Shown here: piece after piece, positions 37,301 through 48,900 of the stretch | Layout: each line of letters starts with the position of its first letter | How positions within the stretch are numbered: the stretch's first letter is position 1 | NCBI GenBank assembly: GCA_965113315.1 | Contig: OZ220368.1 | Direction: 5' to 3' (one strand) | Source: Podarcis vaucheri | Taxonomy: Eukaryota | Length of the DNA stretch: 64,000 nucleotides | Notes under the pieces: generated by a model | Seen by the model: only the letters and a program-made list of their open reading frames with translations | What the model was told of the DNA's origin: nothing | The model's database searches: none | Translations under genes and position numbers: made by a program

Positions 37301-40300
37301 ATAAAATAAAACAAAAAACAAAAAACAACTCGGCTTTCTTTCTTTTAAGTGATCCCATCACTGCAAGGTTAGCATCCCTGCCTCCCTTTTAGGCTACCAC
37401 ATCCATACCATGATTAAGTCTAATGGGCCTCATGAGTGATGCCTATCACTTACCAGTGGATCTAGCTTGGGAGCTAAAGGATATTCCCACTGGGCCTCAA
37501 AAGCAATAAAGATGCAAACTAGTTTCTTTCGCAGAGAAATCTGCTGTAAGTAGTCAATAGTACTTCCATGAGCCAAGTAGCTCTGAAACCCCAGTTGCCA
37601 TTATACTAGCTACTGTGACAAGACACACAACAGGGTTTCACCCCCACGTAGATCCCACCGTTACTTTCCCTCCTCCTTGACCTACCCAGCTCTTCTTTTT
37701 CTTCTTCTTGGCATCTGCATCCTTGCCACTGCCAATGCTAGAATGGCTGGTGATGCTGTTTAGGCTGGATATACTGTCCGACGAGTTCTGCCTCTTGATA
37801 CGCAGCTCTGGAGAGTCACAGGGAAGGGAAGGAGGGAGAGATGCATTCAAAACCTGTGGACAGACTGGAAGCTCTTGCAGGCACCCAGGTAATTAGCTAC
37901 CACCTCTCTGTTTTTTAGCATCAGTTCCAAACACAGCTAGCAAAAAAAGAGTCTTCTCTGTACTTTGTTCCCAGGCTAGACCTCAAATCAAATCGAACAT
38001 TTTTATCTAAGGTCAGGCAGGGCCCAAGGAAGTGGGAATAGTAGGGAAAGGAGCACATAGGGGCAGCATCTGGGGACAGGCAAGATCTGGGGACCATAAG
38101 AAAATATGAGGAGCTGCATGTATTCAGATTCGATGATGGCTTGGTCTCTTATCTTGGGCATGCTCATCCAGTCTTGTCAATAAATACCCAGGAGTTTCTA
38201 GTGTTCAGGACCACCATGACTCCATTCCCCCATCCTTCCACTCCTCTGGGATTTCATCCCATCAGTGCAATGCCAGAAGGCAGCGAGAGAAGTGTAACTC
38301 TTAGCTGCCTTTACCACTGTACTGTTTTTCCCATTAGCACAATGGTAACGATGGCTGCTCCCATCTATAGAACCAGGAGCTCCAATTTCAGAACAAAGGA
38401 GGAGGAAGCCACACACAAGTACAGTCATTGTGACATTATGGAGACTGAAAGCATGAGGCTTCCCCATCTCTCTCCCACTCTCATTACCAAGGGCTCCATG
38501 TCTGGGAAGGAGAAAGAGGAAGCTGGGCATAGAACCTACACAGTACAGCCCTAGGTCTGGCTGCTGCTTGCTTTACCTCCCTTCAAATATTAAAAGACCA
38601 GTAAAAGTGTGTGTGTTCCAACTGGCTCCAGTGAAAGTGCATTTTATCCAAACACCACACCACAATGTCTAACTGCTCCCTCCCTTGCTCCTAGCAGGAA
38701 AAGGAATCAATCCTGTCCACCATGTCTCTAATCCACCAGTCGGCAGCTGCACAGCCGAAGATCCACCAGGAGAGTGTGTGTTGAAGGCTGCGCTCACCTT
38801 TGGGTGTAATGTCTGTTCCATTCAGGGCCCCTTGGATAACAGCTTGGGCTTCCGAGTTCTTTTTCTTCAAGAAATCAATTGTCTCCCTCAAGTCCACCAG
38901 CTCAGTGTCCTAGAAGGTGATGCATAACTGATGAATGCCTTGCGTTTTATTATTTTACTAATTGCTCTGCTGCAAACCTATGCTAGGGGGAGGTGGGAGA
39001 AAGGAAACAACAGCAAGCCATTTTGTAGGGCAGGCCTCAGCACCTTGGTCAGCCATGGACCCTGCCAACTGCCTCAAACTCACCTTCTCTTCCGCAGTCT
39101 CTGCAAGATGTCGGAGACGGGAAGTCATGTTCACGAGGCTCTGCTCAAAGGCTGCTACTAAGTTTGCCTGGAAAGGAAAATGAAAAGGGGTGATATGCCC
39201 ACATGCCAGTACAAGGAACAGAGTCATATGAAGAAAACAGGAATCAAAGGGACCCACAGGTCAGTGGCAGAGCACATGATCTGCATGAAGCGAGTCATTT
39301 GCACGGATTCAGTTGCACTTACAAAAAGACCACACAGCGCATGACGGGAATGATATTTCACTACTTGGAGAGCAACTGCCGGTCAGAACAGACACATAAT
39401 CTGACCTCGTATTAATGCAGCTCTGTAGATTCTTAATTGCTTATCAGGCAGCACAAGATACTGGGAGCTCCTAGTTAAATCCATTATTCCCATCAGGGAT
39501 TGCGGTTCTACAGCAGAAGTATATGGCAGAAAGCAGATGTCTCGAAAACTACAACTCTGTACACAGTAGTTCTCAACAAGATGGAGTGGGTCCCCGTTGG
39601 GGAGGTGTGTAAAAAAGTGTGGGGGAGGTGTGGGCAAAGTTTCAGGAGAGGACAGTGTCTTGAGGCTGGTGGATCCTATAGCCACACACCAACCAAAACA
39701 CATGAGTAGTTGAATGCCCCTTAGCAAGAGGATCCTCAATGATTCAGGTTGGGTTTGTTAAGTCATACTGGGCTGCCCCATTCTGATCTGGGGAAAGCTG
39801 TAGCTTTGTTCTAATGGTGTTTCTAATTCTATTCCCCTTTCTAATGGCAGCTTTTTAATTAGTCCCCTGGGCTCTGATCCAGTGACCTCTGGTACACAGG
39901 AAGGGGCTGCACTTAAATGACTGCATGAAATAATATTTACTCATTATGCAGTGGAATAGGCTGTGATAGATTAAAGATACAATCTATCGTTCTCCTTTAT
40001 TCTAAGACCCAAGCTCAAGACGTTTTAGAGACACTGAGCTAGCAAAACACTGAATATCCACTAGAGGGTGCTCCTATTCCATGTTGAATACAGAAAGCTG
40101 GGTTTAAGTTCCCTGCCTTGCTTGAGTAGAGGGGTTCAGCACTTTGTCTCTGGAAGGCTGGGAATTCTCATGCAGGGCCAGTTCCAAGGGTTTGAGTATA
40201 CATGTTTCCGTGTATATGGAATTCTAGAATTGCATAGTTGGAAGGGACCCTGAGGATCATCTAGTCCAACCCCCTGCAATGCAAGAATACGCAGCGGGGC

Positions 40301-42926
40301 TCGAACTTGGAACCTTGGCATTATCAGCACCATGCTCCAACCCACTGAGCTAGATCATCATCTTATCTGTATGCCACTTTTCCGTACTTAAAAAAAAAAC
40401 ATGCTCGAGGGGGCTTACAACTTGACAAGGTTTACATAATTACAAATGTAACAAAAGCCACAAACAATAAATAAAACACATCAGAAAGCACACAACCAAA
40501 CTGAAACCATTTCCACATAAATAATAATAAGACCTAAAAATAAATATACAAAAAATAATATAAATAACAAACAAAAAACCCCAAACAAAACACCCTATAT
40601 GCAGGACCCCTGTGTAAAATGTGATCACACTATATATTTGTATTCACTGTTTATTTGGTCGAAACACCTTGACCCACACACCCCTTCCCTATTTTAGCCT
40701 TCCATTTTCCTTTGGTATTTTTGAATGCTACTTTAATTTACATCATTCAAAATTTTGTTTATGAGAGAGGAGCATTTGCGGCAGATTAACAACACAGGGC
40801 AACTCACGTTGGCCGAAAGCTGGGATGTCAACGTGGCCACTTTCTCCTGGGATGACTCCAACTCACGGCGCAGTTTGCGGATTTGCTACAATCAGGGACA
40901 AAGATAGGGAGGAGTCAGGGAGCAAGATAGACCCTTTTGCTCTCCACCAATGGGTCAAGAGCAAAGCAGCCGTAGGGAGGACAGAGAGAGAGAGAGAATC
41001 TTACTGTACCTCAGACTGCATCCTCTCCTCAGCCTGGCAGCACATGGTGGGGCAGAGGAGAGACAGAGAGAGGCAGGCGGTTAGGGCATAAGTAGCAGAG
41101 GCGCACTCACAGGCAAAAGCGAGGAGTCATGCAGAGAAGCCAGCACCTCCGCTGCAATCTTTCCACATGCACCACGCTTCTTGTGGCAACACGACAACAG
41201 CTTATTTCTGCCACACCTTCCCCCCTCCCCACATGGTTACACGCAAAGCCCTGAAAGAGCGGCACAGCACTCCATCACTCGAAAAGACTGCAGCAGGGGA
41301 ACATCCGGGGTTTGGGGAAGAGAGGGAAGGATGGCCTGCCAGAATTGCAGCACTGAGAAAGCAAAGGGCAGGCCAGGCCCGCTGATGAAGGGAGCACAGC
41401 TTACTGAGGAGTAAGTGGAGGAAGCACTTGACGCCAGGGACAGCACAGATCCGTGAACTGCAATAGACAAGAGAGAAGACACGTGTCATGGGGTCATCTC
41501 CTCACCGTGGGGCATCAGTGTACATGGGGCAGGGGGAGAACCTAGAGGCACAAAGAAGTGGGGCCACAACACCAAGAGTCGACGTGAGGCTCTCTTAACA
41601 GTTAACACGGGAAATTTGAGGGATCGGGAGAGCGTTCGGTCCTGGAAGAAACGGGCAAGATTCCTTGCCTGCATGGGTGGATCATCTATCCCAGCCAAGT
41701 CTCAACATTCTCAGAGAAATGTGAAAACATTTTGCTAGCACAGGCGTTCAATGTTTGTTTTCAGCACAAAGACCTACGTTTTAACGCAGCACATCAGGAA
41801 CAATAAAAACCCTGAACTTGAAGTAATACGAGGCACGGAATCAGCAATGACCCAGGTGGAGACCCTGGCTGAGGGAGTTCCCTGCCACAATCCAACGGAA
41901 ATCAGTTCTATCACTACCTGAACTATATTGCAATCTTTCCGCAGGGCCTGCAAGACAGAGCTGTTCCACCGGGCCTTTGGCCAAGGCACAGTCTGACCCC
42001 CTCCTTTGGTAATCCTCACAGAACTCTAGCCCAATGGTTGCCATTAATCTGATTTTAAATTGATTTTAGAATGAATTGATTTTAGAATGCATTTCAATTA
42101 ACTGATTGTGATTTTATGTAAACTGTGTTACTTTTATTGTTGTTAGCTGAGCCCGGCTTCGGCTGGGGAGGGCGGGATATAAATAAAATTTATTATTATT
42201 ATTATTATTACTACTACTATTATTATTATTTAGCATAGTGCTTCATTGGCTTTGAGTAATTTTAAAGTCTTATACAGATGCAGTGTGGACACACATCCTA
42301 AAAAGAGGTGTGGCTGTCTCTGCCCCATGGCAAGCTAGCACTGGGCGATGGGCAGAGTGCCTGCCTCCCACATCCTGTTTATCGTGGTGCTGGAAGTGCA
42401 GGAGGGAGAAAGCAATGCTTGAAAGTTACCGATCTCACCCACTCACACCTCCCGTCCCCAGCTCTGCCATGTCATCTTGCTCCCCTGCAAGCAAGAAGCA
42501 GCTCCCACAGCTGCACCAGCCCACCTGCCAGGTACACCTGTGCGCACTTGAGAAGACCTGACAGACAGAATTTGTCGCGACCGTATCCCTCTCACCATTA
42601 TTACTGTGGAGGAGACTCTTGTCCTCCTGGCTGGGTGCAGGACTCTCACCATCATCCACAGGGTCGCGAAAGGAGCCCGAACGGATCATGCCCTTGGGCC
42701 GGTCTGCCAGGGAGAGGGTGCTGCCCATGGGGGACGCATTGTACAGCTCGAAGGTGGAGTCGTGGGTGGGGATGCTGTTGGAGCGGGTGATCCTCGGGGT
42801 GTTGGCTGCTGTGGGGGTCACTGCAGGAGAAGGAGGGAGGGGAGGACAAGCTAGTCAGATGGAGCTGCTTGAAGCAGGAATGGGGGTGTAGGAACAGAGG
42901 GCTCACTAGACTCAGGGGTGGCAGCC

Positions 42927-42983
<57 letters not shown>

Positions 42984-45900
42984 GTAGAATCTTTGAATGT
43001 ACACCATTCCTTGCACAAACCAATCTGCACCTGTGTAAAATGTAAACACTTGCACCAGGCCACCCCTTAACATCTCTGATTTCATGCCCCTTGGGTGAGC
43101 TGGCAGTGCCATCTCAGAAGAAAGAAAATTAAGGGAAAGGATCTCAGAAAGTATAAATCAGCATCAGCTTCAACTGGCTTAGAACACCTGTCTCCAAAAG
43201 TTCCCCCTGCAGGAAAACAGAAGGCAAGAGAAACTAACCAATATTAGTGAGTGGTGCCTTTCCAACCAATGGCATGGAGAGAGCAGGAGGGGAAGGCAGC
43301 TCAGACTGATCATCTGATTCCTGCAATCCTCCAATCGTGTGGGAGTGCCGCCTCTCCTTGGCCTCTTCCTGGGACTGGATTTGATACCTGCCAAAATTAA
43401 GGGAGAGAGAAGTAGAACAAGGAAGACTGGAGGAATTTTGTAGCTGTAAAACAACTGTGGTGGCTTAAGCTTAACATCACTCATGTAGCCAGTTCCCGAG
43501 GTCATAGTAAGCGAAATTCTAAATTTCACTGGGGAGCACCTAATTGTATAGCAATGGTGATGCTAAGAAAGTGTGGATTACTCAGTGCTAATAAAGGTAA
43601 TCAGAGCTTTTGAAAGCAGATTGCCATCCAAGGTACTCTTTCCAAAGGACATGAGAAAAAATAGATAAACCAAGGCCACAGCTCTTTGAACATTTAGTTT
43701 AGGATTAAAGGTAAAGGTAAAGGTACCCCTGCCCAAACGGGCCAGTCTTGCCAGACTCTGGGGTTTGTGCGCCCATCTCACATTTATTGGCCGGGGGCCA
43801 GCGCTGTCCGGAGACACTTCCGGGTCACGTGGCCAGCGTGACAACGCTGCTCTGGCGAGCCAGAGCCGCACACGGAACGCCGTTTACCTTCCCGCTGGTA
43901 AGCGGTACCTATTTATCTACTTGCCCCCGGGGGTGCTTTCGAACTGCTAGGTTGGCAGGCGCTGGGACCGAGCAGCGGGAGTGCACCCCGCCGCGGGGAT
44001 TCGAACCGCCGACCTTTCGATCGGCAAGCCCTAGGCGCTGAGGCTTTAGCCCGCAGCGCCACCCGCGTCCCTAGTTTAGGATTAAGTCTCATTAAATCTT
44101 GGGCCTTACTTCAGAGGAAACCTGTTCAGGCTTGGACTTCAGTGCATGCATTCACCCCGTAAGTATTTGAACACAGCTACAAAAAGTCAATGGAAGCCAT
44201 ATCATGGAAGCTGTTTATATACTGTCCAATTTATTATGCCCTCTAGAACATGGCCAGTTAACAGCAAATGCTACCATACTATAAAGTTCTGCAGAGTATT
44301 TCATTCTGGTGAACATAATTTATTAACTGAGGACTTTAAACAGGATTCACCTAATGAGCCCTGCCAGAAGAAGCCCTCTGCAAGGACTTCTGCTTGCTCA
44401 ACAAGGCTTCCTCTACACTTCTGAAATTGTTTCATTTTCGGGGGGGGGGGGCAGAAAAGTGCACAGGGGGAGGAGAGAGAGGATCATTCCATCTGGCAAG
44501 TTGAAATGCTTGTGCATACAGAACATTCATCATACCGCAATAATAAAATGCTTTTTTTTTTAAAAAAAAAAGACACCACAACGACCATTATAAACAAAAA
44601 TAAATAATAACTTCAATATTGTTCACAGCAAACGGCTCCCAGGATAGTTTGTGCTCCACATACAGTAGTTGGGAAAGCTGTGCCTAGCCTTCCTATATAC
44701 AATCTTGCAAAGGACCAAGAAGCGAGAGATGTAACCAGATCCCTAGACTGGTTTGCTTTGAACAGAAACAGGGTGGGCTGCTTTTATGAACCACCATGGT
44801 TAATTGATTTTCTTTGGGATCTTACTCTGTAGCATGTAGAATATTAAGTACCCTGTTTAAGAGGATGATAAACAGCATGCTCAAAATAACATAGAGTGTT
44901 GGTTTGCGAGGAACACCGAGATTTCTTCAACTGGTCATCTTGTGTTAGTATGACCACAGTGAAAAGCAGGTTTCGTCTACTGCAACATCATACTGTATGC
45001 CATGCCCACTAATTTATTTGACCATCAGTTGATAGCAACAGGAAAGTGAGGGGTGGGGTAGAAGGACGATTACCTTAGGCCCTTCTTGGGCAATGTATTC
45101 CGATCACGGTTAGAGCTGCAGGAAGGGAAGCAAGCACAACAGTATTTGTTAATCATTTGCTGGAGTCCAGCTGTAGCATCTGATGGGCGATAAACTGGTT
45201 TATGAAGTTTTGGGAATGCAGAGCATTATCTGGCTTAGTTTAGAAGAATGGAGTTAGAACTCCATGGACATGAAGCTAGAACTCCACCATGGGCAAGAAC
45301 AACGAACTGCAACATTATGCTGGAGTTTGAATAAAGATTTTCCACTGCACTGCAATTCCACTGCTCTGCTTCCACTTCCCCAACTGCCTTCCTTGTTGCT
45401 CTGCAATACTTTAACTGCAGGGAATAGGAATTGCTTCACAGAGAACCAACCATGTTTCCAAAAAAGCCCCATCCCCTTTAGCCTGGGGATCATGCCATCA
45501 AACAAAAGCTTCCCCACTTTCTTCTACCTGTCCAGGTGTGTGATCCTGGGGCTCCCCGTCCAGGACATCTCACTGGGTTCCTCCTCAGCAGCCACAACGG
45601 GAGGGGTGGGAGCAGTGGTGGGAGCAGTTGTATTGCCTGCAGAGAAGGGGCTGTGCAGGCTCATAGGCATCTGCAAGGACTCCATGCTCCTGTGCAACCC
45701 TGAGAGCTTGGGGTACATGCGGGATTCCTTGGGGATGCTGAAGCCTCCCATGAGCTCCAGGCCCTGGGAGAAGCTAGCAGAGTTTATGTTAAGGACTGGA
45801 GCAGGGCTTGGCGTGAAGCACGACGTGAGGTGGGGTCCCACGTTTGCTGCAGCTGGGTGGGATTCGTGCAGTTTGCCACCGTGCATCTGGTGTTCGCTGG

Positions 45901-48900
45901 AGGGAGGGAGGTCCAGACTGTTGGAGTTCACCTTGTCCAGGTTGGCCAGAGAAGGAGTTTTCACATAGCTTTTGGCAGCTGACCTGAAGGAAAGCAACAT
46001 GATGTTAGAAGGCGACTGTGGGCAGAGACTTGGAGCTTTGCATGGCTCTTATCGTACCTTTTATTTATTTGTTTAACAAATTTCTTAACCCAGCCATAGG
46101 CCTGCTAGAAACACCCACAATTGTCAGGCTATGGGGAATCGGATCCCTCCCCCGGTGGCAGTAAATAAGCAGATCAAACAAAAGGAATGTTCTTACTAGA
46201 TAAGTTCTCTAATAATCACAGTGAGAGACAAAGGAATACATATCTCTCTAAAAATGGTGTTGCTCCCAGTAAAGGTTCACCCCCTCCGTCACCATTAATC
46301 TATGTCACTCCAACGTCGGGTAATCTGAGCTTTCTTTTCTATCACTTTCTAAGCCCGTCTAGTCTTAGTTGAAGGGGGGGTCATGAATGCTGTCCAGGGA
46401 CACTGAATCTGTCAGTTGTCTTTCTCCTGGTATTTCCTCTTCTAGTTGTTCTTCACCTAGCTTTTCCCCTCTGGACTATGCCCCTCTGTAAACCTCTGTT
46501 CTAAATCAATACTGTCCTCCTGCCCTTGGGAGGGTTCAGAAAAAGGGGGAGCAGTTCCCACCATTCCTCCTCAGTCCAGTCCCTGACAACAATTCTTTTT
46601 TCTCCCAATTATATTTTATTAAGTTTCAACATTTTCAACATATACAATCAAAACACAATTTCGTCTTTTCTCTTATTTTTGTCGACTTCCCACTCTCCCC
46701 TTCTGCTGAACCCTATCTTCTACCTGTTAAATCATAATCACGATATTATAATCAACACCCACAATTCTTCTTACCTGAGTGGAGTTGGTGGCAACTCAGC
46801 CACTTTAGCAGAAGTCTGGTGCCCACCTTGAGCCTTCGGGGTGCTTTCAGGGGAGCCGATACTCTTGAGTGAGACGCAGTCAGAGTCCAGGGCCACAGCT
46901 TTGGCTTTGGCTTTCTCCTTCTCCCTGTCCGTCTGATTCACCGGCACTGGCGTGCTCCGGCCTGTGCCAATCTTAGAGGGCTCTTTCAGCCGTGAGACGC
47001 TGATGCTTCCTTTTGTGCTGAGCAGGCTGGGGTCAATGCTGCTGCTCACTGGCCGTGGCCCACTGCGTCCACCAGTCACGCTCATGGAACTAGATTTGGC
47101 TGGGCGTGGCAGGCTCCGGTACTGGATGTTGGTGCGGGCCCCTGGGGCCATGAAGCCAGGCTCCCCAGCATTAGAGACATCCAAGCTTGTTTTCCTTCCA
47201 TTGACTGGCTTGACTGGGATGCTAGAAGTCTTCTGGATTTTACCAAGGGTGGCCGAGCCACCAGCTTGCATCACCGTGGCAGTGCCAGTTGCAGGAGGTG
47301 GCTTCTTGTAGCCAAAAGAGCCGGAAGTTGTGGTCCTGGTCAGCCCAGAAGGGGGCTTCTTGGCATCTGAAATCCGATCTCGGCCAGCATCAGACGATGA
47401 GCGCTGCAGGCTGGCGTTCTTCACTGAAAGCTTGTTCTTGTCTGTTGCTTTTGCTTCAGGTTTACCTGCAGGAGAAATAACTCAGTTTGAAGAAAAGGCA
47501 TTTGTGCACGCAGCTTCTTAGGTGACCAAAAGAAACTTATCAAAAAGGTACTTAGTTAGGACAGCCAGTCCCTGCACCAAAATGAGCACAATGTCAGGGC
47601 ACACGTCAGTACAACCATCTCCCAAGCTAAATTGTACTGATTTTGTTTCAGGGAACATGATCAAAGACTTTACTGAGATGAGATGCAGCCCTAGGATGTA
47701 TCAAGCACATTCCAGGCTCCCTTCTTTCTCTGTGGCCTACAGTTAGTCATGCACCTGTGACTGCACTCTCAAGATGAATGGGAAGCAAACAGGCAGGGAA
47801 GTGGAGGTGGCAGCCACAAACCTGCCTAGCTAACACTAGGGCTCCACTTCCTGTTCCAACCTCACCTGCCACTTTGAGGGTCTGGGCTGTGTGGGTGATG
47901 GGAGAGGTCACTGCCACAGGAGGAGTTTTGCCCTTCTTCAAGGAGCCCGGTGGGCCCAAACTGACTGGCTTTTTCAGATCTCCGCCTTTGGCAGGAGCCT
48001 CGTCACAGCTTTCCGAGCGCTCCCGTCGCCATTTGGAAGAGCTGTGCTCCATTTTCAGACTCCCGCTGTCATAGTCCATCTTCTTCTGAGCCTTCTCTTC
48101 CGGCTCTCCGTACCAGTTCAGCCCACTCTCTGCCAGTGAGCGCTTCTCAGAGTCCGTGCGCAGCTGTAAGGCAAGCAGAAGAGGATTCTGTTAGCTGGTA
48201 CCTTAACCTTGCCACCCAAAATACTCCCCCAGCACATAGGAAGCTGCCTCAAACCAGGTCTGGCTATTTCTCCATCTGGCCCGGAACGGTCTGTTCTGTT
48301 TGGCGGAAGTTCTACAGGGTCTCAGGGGAAAGTCTTTTGCGTCTTCTGCTACCTGGGTATTTTCTTTTTTAGTAGAGCTGCCAGGAGCTGAACCAGGGAC
48401 CTTCCGCATGCATAGAATATGCTCTACCATAGAGTTATAGACCTCCCCTCATCATAGCCCCACAACTACACCAGCTTAACAAATGGGAGAGAAAAAACAG
48501 TCCTTCAGTTCCAAAGGCACTGGTCGCTCCTGCATCTGCAGGCAGAAAATGGGATAGGCATTCAGTGCTTTGGGGGCTGTGGCTCCCCCCCCCCCACAAT
48601 ATAAGGAGAAATTCAATGGCAGAAGTATTCATCTTTCCCCTGAGAACACTTTTAAGGAGAAAGACAGCACAGGGCTTCATGCAATTTCTTTCTCCGGTAC
48701 CAAAACTGCAGCAGCAGCAGCAGCATGAAAACATGGCGGATTCTCTGGGTGCCTCTCCTACCTACCGCTATGGCGGAGTTCCTGCGAGAAGCCGTGGGGG
48801 TGGAAGGCAGGGAATTGAGCGAGGAGCTGGCATTGAACTCTTCTGAGCTGAGATTGTCAGAGGCATCGCTGAGGCCGCTGCTGATGGAGCTACTCTCATC

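Noticed and set aside
45264-45968. 234-aa plus-strand ORF
   Set aside because: Antisense shadow of the 456-nt NAV1 exon; no independent gene features
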